Positions 39,175 through 48,441 of a DNA stretch of 64,000 nt are shown here, piece after piece; within the stretch, counting starts at the first letter, position 1; every line of letters starts with the position of its first letter. The position numbers and the translations under genes were made by a program. The DNA comes from an uncultured delta proteobacterium. Its GTDB lineage: Bacteria > Myxococcota_A > UBA9160 > UBA4427. The notes under the pieces were generated by a model that was not told the DNA's origin, did no database searches, and saw only the letters and a program-made list of their open reading frames with translations. Where the stretch lies: NCBI GenBank assembly GCA_963822965.1, contig CAWGJT010000006.1:904609-968608 (forward strand), read 5' to 3'.

Positions 39175-39528
39175 TCAGCCGTCGTAGCCCCACTTCAGCT
39201 TGTTGGCCTTCACCTGCTCCGGAGTGGGCACTTCCTGGTCGATCTTCTCCGGAACCTCGAAGTCGTCGCGGGTCTCCACGATCTTGGCGTTGAGCGCGAT
39301 GTCCGCCTGGAAGACCTCGGGCACCTGCTCGTCCTCGAAGATCGCCTCCCACGGGCACTCCGGCTCGCACACCCCGCAGTTGATGCACTCCTCGGGATCG
39401 ATGAAGAGCTGGTTCGGCCACGTGCCTTCGCCCTCGCCCTTGTACTGGACGATGCAGTCGACGGGACAGACCTCCACACAGGACATGTCCACGCAATCTC
39501 GACACAGGCTGGTGATCACCCAGGTCAT
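39175..39528 (-). CDS. Ferredoxin (7Fe/8Fe, FdxA-like)
   Basis: [26 protein letters not shown]...[22 protein letters not shown]. Confidence 0.93.
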   Translation of the reverse strand: MTWVITSLCRDCVDMSCVEVCPVDCIVQYKGEGEGTWPNQLFIDPEECINCGVCEPECPWEAIFEDEQVPEVFQADIALNAKIVETRDDFEVPEKIDQEVPTPEQVKANKLKWGYDG

Positions 39529-39689
39529 CGTTCCTCTCCCATCCTTCCTTGGTTCGCGCTTCGTTGGAGGTGGCGCTTCGTCGACAGTAGAGCTTCGCGG
39601 GGTTCTCGGGCTCGGGCTTCGATGGGCGAAATCGGCGAAACGCACGTGCCCTGGCCCGTCCCATGGGGCGATTCGGCGCGCCGCCCAGT

Positions 39690-39857
39690 CTACTTGAGCT
39701 TCGTCTCTTTGTAGAGGACGTGCTTGCGGACCACCGGATCGTACTTCTTGAACTCGAGCTTGTGGGGCGTGTTGGTGCGGTTCTTCGAGGTGGTGTAGAA
39801 GTGGCCCGTCCCGGCGGTGGATTCGAGCTTGATCTTCTCGCGCTTGCTCTTGGCCAT
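39690..39857 (-). CDS. rpmG: 50S ribosomal protein L33, Cys-free form (absent from the ORF track, 55 aa)
   Basis: Translated by hand: [55 protein letters not shown]. Confidence 0.97.
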   Translation of the reverse strand: MAKSKREKIKLESTAGTGHFYTTSKNRTNTPHKLEFKKYDPVVRKHVLYKETKLK

Positions 39858-39914
39858 GAATGATTCTCCTGCGCTCGCGCCCTGGTGCCTCTGGGCTCTG
39901 GTGCCGGGGTCCTG

Positions 39915-39998
39915 GTGCCCTCGGAAAAGTGCCCTCGGAAAAGTGCCCTCGGAAAAGTGCCCTCGGAAAAGTGCCCTTGGAAAAGTGCCCTTGGGAGA
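39915..39998. repeat. 14-bp tandem repeat, six copies, between rplX and rpmG
   Basis: GTGCCCTCGGAAAA at 39915, 39929, 39943 and 39957; variants at 39971 and 39985. Confidence 0.95.
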
Positions 39999-40014
39999 AG
40001 CGGCGACCGCGAGG

Positions 40015-40344
40015 TCAGCCGCGCGCCGGCTGGGGCACGGCCTGCCCGCCGCGCACGAACACGCGAGTCCGCTTGCCGTCCTGCTCTTCGATCCGCACGC
40101 GCGAGGGCTTGTGGTCCCCGGTGTGGACGAGCATGACGTTGGAGGCGTCGACGTAGCCTTCCTGCTCGACGATCCCGCCCTGGCGAGCGCCGCGGCGACC
40201 GGGACGCAGGTGCCGCTTCTGCATCCGCACGCCCTCGACGCGAACCTTGCGACGCGGGACGTCGACCGCGATCACGCGGCCCTGCTTGCCGCGGTCCGCT
40301 CCCGTGATGACCTGCACGAGGTCACCCTTTCGAACGTTCATCAT
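40015..40344 (-). CDS. rplX: 50S ribosomal protein L24, outside the spc operon
   Basis: KOW motif [44 protein letters not shown]. Confidence 0.92.
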   Translation of the reverse strand: MMNVRKGDLVQVITGADRGKQGRVIAVDVPRRKVRVEGVRMQKRHLRPGRRGARQGGIVEQEGYVDASNVMLVHTGDHKPSRVRIEEQDGKRTRVFVRGGQAVPQPARG

Positions 40345-40540
40345 GGGTCCCTGAAGCCTCCCGAAGGACCGCAAGGTGTGCGCCAGTGAAAGGGTTTCGT
40401 CAAGGGCTCCCGCGGGGCGAGGAGACGCGGACAGGGCCACCCCCCGGGTGTACGTGGTACGCTCCGGCCCCTGCGGCGGCCGGCACCCGGCCATCCGGCG
40501 GAATCCGGCGCCGAATCGACGAGCGACGAGGGGAGAGCGC

Positions 40541-42040
40541 GTGGGAAAGCGAATCGGCCTGGGCGGGGGCCTGCTGCTGCTGGGGGTCATTCTCGCCTGT
40601 CGCTACGTGCTACCCGAGCGCTTCGCAGTGAATGCGCCGGTGCTCCAGATGCTCTTCGGCGTGGCCGGGGAGACGCCGGACGCGAACGAGATCGACCGCA
40701 TGCGGGTGCCCGAGGGATTCTCGATCGGCGTGTGGGCGGAGGGGATCCCGGCGACCCCGCGCATGCTGCACTTCACCGACGCGGGCGATCTCCTCGTGAC
40801 GACCCCCCGCAGCGGCGCCGTGGTGCTGCTGGAACGCGATTCAGACGGAGACGGCCGGAGTGACGGCCAGCAGGTGCTGCTCTCGGACCTGAACCGGCCA
40901 CACGGCGTCACCACCCGGGACGGGTGGCTCTACGTCGGCGAGACGGACGCCATCGTCCGGGTGCGCTTCGATGCCGCGAGCCGCAGCGTCCAGGGCGAGC
41001 CGACCCGCATCGTGGCGGGCCTTCCGGGCGGCGGAAACCACTGGACGAAGAGCCTCGCCTTCGGACCCGACGGCTGGCTCTACGTGCACGTCGGCTCGTC
41101 GTGCAACGTGTGCATCGAGGAGGACGAGAGGCGCGCGACCCTGATGCGCTTCCGGCCCGACGGCAGCGACGGCGAGATCTACGCCACCGGCCTGCGCAAC
41201 TCCGTGGGCTTCGACTGGCAGCCCGGCACCGGCCAGCTCTACGCGACCGACAACGGCCGCGACCTGCTCGGGGACGACTTCCCGCCGTGCGAGCTCAACC
41301 GCATCGTGAAGGGCGGCTTCTACGGGTGGCCGATCGCGAACGGCGATCGCGTCCCCGACCCGGACTTCGGCGAAGGCCAGGACGAGCGCATCGCGGCCTC
41401 GATTCCGCCGGCGCACGGCTTCCGTGCCCACAACGCACCCCTCGGCATGACCTTCGTGCGAGACGAGAACGCGCCCGAATCCCTGCGAGGCGCGGCGCTC
41501 GTCGCGCTGCACGGCTCCTGGAACCGCACCCGGAAGGACGGCTACGAGGTCGTGTCCCTCCACTGGCAGCCGGACGGCCGCATCCAGGAGCGCGACTTCG
41601 CCACCGGCTTCGAGGTCGACGAGGACGTGATCGGCCGGCCCGTGGACGTCGTCGAGGGGCCGGACGGAGCCTTCTACGTCTCCGACGACTACGCGGGCCT
41701 GGTCTGGCGCATCGCGTACGGCGCCAGCGCTCCGTCGCCGGCCCGCGGCCCGCGGGCCGCGGTCTCCGATCCGCTCGCGGCGCTCGCACCGGACGAGCGG
41801 GAGGACCTCGCGCGCCAGGGACGAGCCCTCTACGAGCGCAACGCCTGTGCGGCCTGCCACGAGACGGGACGCGCGCCCGGCGGCGTCGCCGTGAAGCGCC
41901 TGGAGAACCTCGCATCCCGCTACACGATCGAGAGCCTCGCCCTGCTCTTCACCACGCCGCCGCAGCCGATGCCGACCTACCCGCTCAGCGCCGGGGAGCG
42001 ACGGGCCCTGGCGGTGCACCTGCTGGTCCAGCATCCCTGA
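40541..42040 (+). CDS. PQQ-dependent sugar/sorbosone dehydrogenase with a C-terminal monoheme cytochrome c
   Basis: GGNHWTK, VGSSCNVC, GLRNSVG, DNGRD, HGSWNR, GRPVDV, YVSDD; tail CAACH...MP. Confidence 0.88.
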   Translation: MGKRIGLGGGLLLLGVILACRYVLPERFAVNAPVLQMLFGVAGETPDANEIDRMRVPEGFSIGVWAEGIPATPRMLHFTDAGDLLVTTPRSGAVVLLERDSDGDGRSDGQQVLLSDLNRPHGVTTRDGWLYVGETDAIVRVRFDAASRSVQGEPTRIVAGLPGGGNHWTKSLAFGPDGWLYVHVGSSCNVCIEEDERRATLMRFRPDGSDGEIYATGLRNSVGFDWQPGTGQLYATDNGRDLLGDDFPPCELNRIVKGGFYGWPIANGDRVPDPDFGEGQDERIAASIPPAHGFRAHNAPLGMTFVRDENAPESLRGAALVALHGSWNRTRKDGYEVVSLHWQPDGRIQERDFATGFEVDEDVIGRPVDVVEGPDGAFYVSDDYAGLVWRIAYGASAPSPARGPRAAVSDPLAALAPDEREDLARQGRALYERNACAACHETGRAPGGVAVKRLENLASRYTIESLALLFTTPPQPMPTYPLSAGERRALAVHLLVQHP

Positions 42041-42098
42041 GCACCCGCCCGGGCGCGTGAGGCTCCCGCCCGATCCCGAAGAGGATGGACCCGTTCCC

Positions 42099-42962
42099 GT
42101 GAAATTCGTCGTCTCCGCAGCCTTCCAGCCCCTCGAGCACCTCGTCCCCCTCGCCCGCGCCTGCGAGGACGCGAGCTTCGAGGCCATCTCCTTCTCGGAC
42201 CACGTGGTCTACCCCGAGACGCTGGACACGCCCTACCCCTACACGGCCGACGGATCCCGCCGCTACGACGAGACGAGCGTGTTCCCCGACCCCTGGGTGG
42301 CCATCGGTGCCCTCGCCTCGGTGACGACGCGCCTGCGGTTCACCAACAACGTCTTCGTGCTCGCCATGCGCAATCCCTTCCTCGCCGCGAAGGCCATCTC
42401 GACGGCGGCGGTGATGTCCGGCGATCGCGTCACGCTCACCGTCGGCGTGGGCTGGTCGAACATCGAGTTCGAGCTGCTGGGCCAGTCCTTCCGCGATCGG
42501 GGACGCCGGACGGACGAGATGATCGAGGTGATGCGCAGGCTCTGGACCGGCGAGCCGTTCGAGCATCACGGTGCCTTCTACGACTTTCCGACCGTGCGGA
42601 TGGTCCCCGCGCCAGCGGCGCGCATTCCGATCTGGGTGGGTGGCATCTCGGACGCGGCCCTGCGACGTGCGGCGCGCAACGACGGCTGGATCTCGGACCT
42701 GCAGCCTACGAGCGACATCGTCGAGTCCATCGAGAAGATCCGCAAGCTGCGCGAGTCGCTCTCCCGGGAAGGCCCCTTCGACGTGATGGCCAGCGCGAAC
42801 GACGCGTGGGACGTGGCCGGCTACCGCCGGCTCGAGGAGGCGGGCGTGACCCACGTGCTCACGATGCCCTGGGCCTTCTATCACGGCCTCACGGACGATC
42901 TCGAGCGGAAGTGCGAGGGGATCCACCGCTTCGCGGAGGACGTGATTCGCGTCATGGCCTGA
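42099..42962 (+). CDS. LLM-class (probably F420-dependent) oxidoreductase
   Basis: SDHVVYP, PDPWV, RNPFLAAK, GVGW..EF, RGRRTDE, PIWVGG. Confidence 0.88.
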   Translation: MKFVVSAAFQPLEHLVPLARACEDASFEAISFSDHVVYPETLDTPYPYTADGSRRYDETSVFPDPWVAIGALASVTTRLRFTNNVFVLAMRNPFLAAKAISTAAVMSGDRVTLTVGVGWSNIEFELLGQSFRDRGRRTDEMIEVMRRLWTGEPFEHHGAFYDFPTVRMVPAPAARIPIWVGGISDAALRRAARNDGWISDLQPTSDIVESIEKIRKLRESLSREGPFDVMASANDAWDVAGYRRLEEAGVTHVLTMPWAFYHGLTDDLERKCEGIHRFAEDVIRVMA

Positions 42963-43108
42963 GGCCCGCCGGGGCATGCACCGCCCCCCGGGAGGACTCG
43001 AGCGCACGCTGGATTCCGCTGGCGACGCAACCCGAGCCGCCGGGCGCGCTTCGGGGGATCCCGCGGCCCACCGGGTGCTCGCGCTTGATCCGGGCTAGAT
43101 TCCCCGCC

Positions 43109-43903
43109 ATGCGCTCGATCCCGAAGGGCACGGCTGCCCTGTTGATGGTCGTCGCGGTCGCGCTGGCTGCGCGCGAAGCCCGGGCTCGCTCCGCCTTCGT
43201 GCTGTCCCCGCCGCCCTCGCTCGAGCCGATCCCGGCCGGAACCTACGACGACTACGGCCGGCGCGTCGGCGAAGCGACCCTCCGCTACGAGGAGCACGAC
43301 GACGGTCGCGTCTACATGCGCGCCGTCACGAAGATGAACGCCGGCCCCGAGAACGAGATCAACGCCGTCTTCGAGGAGATCGATGACGGCCGGGCCCTAC
43401 GGGTGTTGCGCGAGAGCTCCATCTCCCACGGCGCGGACGGCAAGCCGATGACCCTGGTCGAGGTGGATCACGAGAAGGGCGAGGCGCGATGTACACCGCC
43501 CGGTGCCCCTCCCGACAAGGCGGACGTGCTCCGTCTCCCCGAGGACGACCGGGTCGGCAACACGATCATGAGCCTGCTCTTCCAGCCGTTGGTCCGGGGC
43601 GAGACGGACCGCATCGAGTTCCAGGCGTTCCTGTGCAGCGGCGGGGCGCGTCTGATGGACTTCGTCGCGATCCCCGCCAAGTCCTCCGCGCACCCGCCGG
43701 GCGATCACGTCGTCGAGGTGCGCTTCGGTCCGAACCTGGGCCGCTTCGTCTCGTGGATGGCGAGCGTGGTGGTGCCCAAGCTCCGCTTCTGGTTCGACGC
43801 GGAGCACGGCGAGTATCTCGCCCATCGGATGCCGCTGTACGGCGGCGGCCCCGAGGTGGTGGTGGCCCGCGAAGGCGTCTCCGCGGGCTTCAGTCACGAC
43901 TGA
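43109..43903 (+). CDS. Hypothetical secreted protein
   Basis: ATG at 43109; signal-peptide-like N-terminus; coding-like GC3 bias; no family recognised. Confidence 0.75.
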   Translation: MRSIPKGTAALLMVVAVALAAREARARSAFVLSPPPSLEPIPAGTYDDYGRRVGEATLRYEEHDDGRVYMRAVTKMNAGPENEINAVFEEIDDGRALRVLRESSISHGADGKPMTLVEVDHEKGEARCTPPGAPPDKADVLRLPEDDRVGNTIMSLLFQPLVRGETDRIEFQAFLCSGGARLMDFVAIPAKSSAHPPGDHVVEVRFGPNLGRFVSWMASVVVPKLRFWFDAEHGEYLAHRMPLYGGGPEVVVAREGVSAGFSHD

Positions 43904-44577
43904 GCGGCCACGGCCTCCGGCCCGACATCGTCGCGCGAGCGCGATTCGATCTGCCGCACGAGGGGGGCGAGCGGCGCCAGCACGCCCTCGGCCGCGCGAG
44001 CCGGCATGGGCGCCTCGTAGCCCAGGAAGCGGCATCCAAAGGCGCGCGCCGCGTCGCGGTCGGCGGGCCCGTCCCCCACGTAGACGATCCGCCCGGCCTC
44101 CCGCTCCTCGCGGCGGGCGATGCGGACCAGGTTCTCGCGCTTGTCGCGCGGGCCGCCGAGAACGCCGCGAAAGAAGCCCGTCCAGCCCCGGCCGGCCACC
44201 ACGCGAACGAGGGCGTCTTCGGGGGTGGCCGAATCCACGTAGAGCGCAAGCGTCCCGCGAAGCGACTCGAGCGCCGCGACCGCGCCGGGCAGCGCCGGAC
44301 ACGCGACGACCCGCTCCTCGCAGATGCGGGAGTACCCGGCCACCAGCTCGTCCACGGGCGGGACCGCGGCGCCGCTCCGGGCCAGCTCGTCGTGGACGCG
44401 GGCGAGGATGCCGTGGCGGTCTTCGCGAGGATGCGCGCCCAGCGTCCGTTCGATCACCGCGTCGCTGCCGGGGATTCCGGCCAGCACCTCGTCGTAGGCG
44501 CTGCGCTTGATGCGATTCGATTCGACCAGCGTCCCGTCGAAGTCGAAGACCACGCAACGAATCGAGTCCCAGCTCAC
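43894..44577 (-). CDS. HAD-family hydrolase (phosphatase)
   Basis: VVFDFDGTLVES, DSAT, YVGDGPAD; GTGA overlap. Confidence 0.9.
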   Translation of the reverse strand: MSWDSIRCVVFDFDGTLVESNRIKRSAYDEVLAGIPGSDAVIERTLGAHPREDRHGILARVHDELARSGAAVPPVDELVAGYSRICEERVVACPALPGAVAALESLRGTLALYVDSATPEDALVRVVAGRGWTGFFRGVLGGPRDKRENLVRIARREEREAGRIVYVGDGPADRDAARAFGCRFLGYEAPMPARAAEGVLAPLAPLVRQIESRSRDDVGPEAVAAQS

Positions 44578-45668
44578 CGTGCGCCCTTGTCGACGCCGTC
44601 CGGCACGGGATTCATGAAGTAGAACGACACCGGTCCGGAGCCCTCGAGGGTGAAGGGGCCGCCGGCCGGCGTCGCCGTCACCCTCGCCGTGCTCTCGAGC
44701 CAGACCTGCCAGGGCCGGGTGCGAAACGAGAGCAGCCAGCGGAACGGCCGGGGCGCCACCGACAGCGGGTCGTGGTGCAGCAGCTCGCGGCCCAGGTCGA
44801 TCCGTCCCTTGGCCTCGGGTCCGGCCAGCACGAGGGCCCGGGGGATCGGATAGCCCTCGGCAGAGGCCTCGTGACGTCCCACGAAGTCGAGCGAGAAGCT
44901 CCCGCTCTCCCACCAGACGTCGTCTGCGGCGCCGCCTTCCGCCGGCGCCGCGGGGCGAGCCCGGCGCACCACCAGCCAGCGACGTCGCTCGCCCTTCGTC
45001 GCCGTCACGTCGATGCCGTACGCGCTCGCGCCGTCCGGCGCCACGAGATGCGACTCGATGCGCCGGAGGAGCAGGTCCGGCTCCGTGTCGTCCATCCACG
45101 CGTGCGTGACCGAGATCGTTCCGGTCACCGGCACCGGCTCCGGGGTGGCGTCGCGCACCCAGATCGTCCCCTGGATCGGCGCCGCCAGGGTCAGCAGGTC
45201 GAAGTGGTAGCCCGCCGGGGCCCCGCTCCACGACCGGATGGCGGCTCCCGGGTCGTAGTCGAGGAAGAACTTGATGCCGAGCCGGTTCTTGTCGACCTCG
45301 AAGTGCGCGGCCTCCGGATGCAGGTCGAGCACGCTCGAGCCGATCTCCATGCGCAGCCGGTCGGGAGAGAGGTTCCAGTTGCTCTCGGTGCGTCCGTTCT
45401 GGAAGGGCACGACGTGACCGTCGGGAAACACGATCTGTCCCAGGGCGTAGCCCGTGCGATCGCCCGGACCTTCGTTGCTGATGGAGAAGCGCGCGAAGAT
45501 GCGATGCCCCGAGGAGAAGACGGTCGTCACGTCCCAGTACTCGGACGACCCGTCCTTCGTGCCGAGCCGCGCGCCCGGGAACGGGGCCGCGGCACGCACC
45601 GGCCCGGAGAGACCGCCCAGCGCGGTCACGAGCAGGAGGAGCACGGCCCGCGGGCACGTCATCCGCAC
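44574..45668 (-). CDS. Secreted beta-rich protein, possibly AttH/CrtC/Svf1 lipocalin-like
   Basis: Signal peptide; SEYWDVTTVF motif; fold assignment tentative. Confidence 0.6.
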   Translation of the reverse strand: MRMTCPRAVLLLLVTALGGLSGPVRAAAPFPGARLGTKDGSSEYWDVTTVFSSGHRIFARFSISNEGPGDRTGYALGQIVFPDGHVVPFQNGRTESNWNLSPDRLRMEIGSSVLDLHPEAAHFEVDKNRLGIKFFLDYDPGAAIRSWSGAPAGYHFDLLTLAAPIQGTIWVRDATPEPVPVTGTISVTHAWMDDTEPDLLLRRIESHLVAPDGASAYGIDVTATKGERRRWLVVRRARPAAPAEGGAADDVWWESGSFSLDFVGRHEASAEGYPIPRALVLAGPEAKGRIDLGRELLHHDPLSVAPRPFRWLLSFRTRPWQVWLESTARVTATPAGGPFTLEGSGPVSFYFMNPVPDGVDKGAR

Positions 45669-45672
45669 GCCC

Positions 45673-46617
45673 CTACTCGATCCCCAGCGCCAGCCTCTGG
45701 AGGGGATCCACGTCGAGGCCGGGCAGCTCGGGAGGCACCGCGAAGGCGAAGGTGGATTCGGTCGGGCAGTGGAAGCGGGTGTACTGCACCATCAGCACGA
45801 GCCGGTCCGCGCGCGTGTGGCGGCTGCCGTAGTGCAGGCAGCGGCAGGTGTCGACGAAGCCGCCCGAACCCGGTCCCCCGACGAGGGAGACGGCGTGGTC
45901 CAACCCGCACGCCGCGTCCACCTGCTCGTCGGTGATGCGCCGGCGAAGCGCACCGGGGCGGCGCAGGGGCGCAGAGACGTCCGCCGGCAGCAGCGTGAAG
46001 GGGCCGTGCTCTTCACGCGTCTCGAACACGTTGAGCACCAGCTTCACCTGCCGCTCGTCCTCGCCGTCGAAGTGGAAGAGCTGGCTGCGCAGCGCGGTGT
46101 CGTTCCGGGGCGTCCACCACAGGGCGGCGCCCGCGAGGATGGGAACCGTGCCGAGGTAGGTGGTCGCCGCGTCCAGGATCGGACGAGAGACCATGAAGCG
46201 GATCAGCTCGGGATGCGCGCAGAAGTCCGCGCCCGAGAGCAGCGCCAGCAGGAAGCGCTTGCGGGGGTTGAACAGGTGCTCGTCGACGGTGGCGTCGGCG
46301 CGCATGCGCCGGTAGATCTCCGCGCAGCGCTCGACGACCGCGTCGGCGCCGGGCAGCTCTCCCGCCGCGAAGAGCCGATGCCCCGCGGCGTCGGGAATCT
46401 CCGCGAAGGCCTGGGACGAGGCGTCGAGCTCCCGGGCCAGCTCACGGCGCAGCCGCACCTGGCCGGGATTCGCCAGCGCCTTGGCGGCGGCGAGGGCGGG
46501 ATGGACGATGCGTCGCGGCAGGTGGAGGCGCTTCCACAGCAGCTTCCGCAGCCCCCGACCCCGGACGGGCTGGAAGATGCGGCGCGAAGGCGGCGGAACG
46601 AGCTCGGAGGCGCTCAC
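45673..46617 (-). CDS. PhyH-like Fe(II)/2-oxoglutarate dioxygenase
   Basis: SQLFHFDGED (HxD), CLHYGS (distal H), DRLVL (R); GTGA overlap with the cytidylyltransferase. Confidence 0.72.
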   Translation of the reverse strand: MSASELVPPPSRRIFQPVRGRGLRKLLWKRLHLPRRIVHPALAAAKALANPGQVRLRRELARELDASSQAFAEIPDAAGHRLFAAGELPGADAVVERCAEIYRRMRADATVDEHLFNPRKRFLLALLSGADFCAHPELIRFMVSRPILDAATTYLGTVPILAGAALWWTPRNDTALRSQLFHFDGEDERQVKLVLNVFETREEHGPFTLLPADVSAPLRRPGALRRRITDEQVDAACGLDHAVSLVGGPGSGGFVDTCRCLHYGSRHTRADRLVLMVQYTRFHCPTESTFAFAVPPELPGLDVDPLQRLALGIE

Positions 46618-47330
46618 GCGGCCTCTCCTTCCCGAGCCCGCAGGACGTGCTCGACCGCCTCGAAGTCCTCGAGGGTATCGATGCTCAGCATCGGCTCGTC
46701 GAGGACCACCGCCGAGGCGTTCTTGCCGAGGATGCTCCTCTGCGAGAGCAGACACTCGTGCGTGATCGCGTAGGCCGCACCGTTGCGGTGGTAGACCGGC
46801 TCGAGCTGCTGGCGCGCCACCACCTCGCCGCCGCGGGGATCGTAGAAGTCGAGGCGGTCGCCTTCGAGGACGAGCTGCTTGCGCGGGTGGTACTTGAGGT
46901 CCGTCCGGCCGACGGTCCACACCGCGTCGAAGCCGCCCGCCACGAGCTTGTCGACCACGGCGCGTACGTGCTCGGGCCGGCGCAGGGGACTCGTCGGCTG
47001 CAGCATCACGACCACGTCGTAGACGACGCCGTCGAGGCGCGAGGTCTCCTCGAGGGCGTGGCCGAGGACCTCCAGGTCCCCGATCCGGTCGCCCGAGAGG
47101 GAGGCCGGACGGCGGAATGGCGCGTCCAGCCCGGCCGCCTCCGCCACCGCCGCAATCTCCTCGTCGTCGGTCGAGACCACGGCACGGTCGACGAAGTCGA
47201 GCTCCGCCACCAGCCCTCCCACCCGTGCCACCAGCGGAATCCCCAGAACGGGACGCAGGTTCTTGCGGGGGACGCCCTTGCTGCCCCCGCGCGCCGGGAC
47301 CACCACGAGGATGCGGCGTCCGCCGCGCAC
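46614..47330 (-). CDS. Acylneuraminate cytidylyltransferase (NeuA family)
   Basis: PARGGSKGVPRKN, VVSTDD, LQPTSPLR, NGAAY, IDTLEDF. Confidence 0.93.
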   Translation of the reverse strand: MRGGRRILVVVPARGGSKGVPRKNLRPVLGIPLVARVGGLVAELDFVDRAVVSTDDEEIAAVAEAAGLDAPFRRPASLSGDRIGDLEVLGHALEETSRLDGVVYDVVVMLQPTSPLRRPEHVRAVVDKLVAGGFDAVWTVGRTDLKYHPRKQLVLEGDRLDFYDPRGGEVVARQQLEPVYHRNGAAYAITHECLLSQRSILGKNASAVVLDEPMLSIDTLEDFEAVEHVLRAREGEAA

Positions 47331-47331
47331 G

Positions 47332-48441
47332 TCAGCGCTCCGCGACCGGGACGAGGGCCTGGACGCTCGCGCCCCGGGAAGGGTCGATGCCGATGCTGCG
47401 GCTCTCCTCGCTCGATCGCAGCGCCGCGGCCACCACCAGCATGGTCTCGAGACCGCGTTCCAGGGAGACCGGCGAGTCCTTCGGAGGCCCGGCCAGCAGC
47501 TCGCCCAGGTGCGCGACCTCGCCGCGGAAGTCGTCCGGACGCGTCTTCGGGATCAGCGTGACCTCCGTCTCGCCTCCCGCCAGGCGCGTGCGGATCGCGT
47601 CGTGGCCCGGCTCGGCGTTCACCTCCCACTCGAGGAAGCCCTTCGTCCCCTGCACCCGCAGCCACTTGCGGGCGGGCTCGGTGACCACGTCCTGCACGAT
47701 GGTGCCCACGAGCCCGGACTCCGACCGGACGTGGAGCTGCGCGATCCGGTCGTAGCGCGCGCCGTCGTCCTCCACCCAGTCGAGCATCGCCTGCACCTCG
47801 CGGATGCGACCGTGGCCGAGGACGTGGGCGAAATGCTGCCAGATGTTGATCGCATGGCAGTGCTCGCCGATCGCGCCGCCCCCGCGAGCGGTGAAGCCCA
47901 GATAGCTGTCCTGGGGCCCGGCCAGCCAGGGATGGGCGCCGAAGATGCCCCCCCAGTGCTCCCGCGTCATCGAGCGCAGGGTCACGATCTCGCCGATGTC
48001 GTGGGTGCGGAGCCACTCGGTCGCGAGAAGGGTGTTGCGCGTGAGGGTGTGGTTGAAGCCCACCCCGACGAACGTGCCCGTCTCGTCCGCGGCACGCTGG
48101 AGCTCCACGCAGCCGACGAGGTCCGGGGGACAGAGCGGCTTCTCGATGAACAGCACGCGCGGAGGCGCCTGGGCGAGCTGCGCCAGGGCGATGGGAACGT
48201 GGGTGTCGGGCGGGGTCCCCACGATGACGATGTCGAAGGGCTCGGCGGCCACCGCGTCGGCATCCGCGAGGCGGATGGACTCGTCCCAGGCCCCGTAGCG
48301 CTCCGGGTGGATCTGCTCCCGGGTGCGGCGCAACGCCTCGGGATCGCGATCGCACAGGGTCACCTCGTAGCCCTGCTCGCGACACGCGTGGCTCAGGTGA
48401 TTGCCGATCGAGCCCGCCCCGACGATCTTGACCCGGGGCAC
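47332..48441 (-). CDS. Gfo/Idh/MocA family NAD(P)-dependent oxidoreductase
   Basis: GTG at 48441; IVGAGSIGNH, GTPPDTH, FIEKP, VGFNH, GGGAIGEHCH. Confidence 0.9.
   Translation of the reverse strand: MPRVKIVGAGSIGNHLSHACREQGYEVTLCDRDPEALRRTREQIHPERYGAWDESIRLADADAVAAEPFDIVIVGTPPDTHVPIALAQLAQAPPRVLFIEKPLCPPDLVGCVELQRAADETGTFVGVGFNHTLTRNTLLATEWLRTHDIGEIVTLRSMTREHWGGIFGAHPWLAGPQDSYLGFTARGGGAIGEHCHAINIWQHFAHVLGHGRIREVQAMLDWVEDDGARYDRIAQLHVRSESGLVGTIVQDVVTEPARKWLRVQGTKGFLEWEVNAEPGHDAIRTRLAGGETEVTLIPKTRPDDFRGEVAHLGELLAGPPKDSPVSLERGLETMLVVAAALRSSEESRSIGIDPSRGASVQALVPVAER

Noticed and set aside
40386..40403. Zur box upstream of rplX (TGAAA-GGG-TTTCG beside TTGACG)
   Set aside because: A short imperfect palindrome whose spacing does not fit the Zur consensus sequences I know; insufficient evidence.
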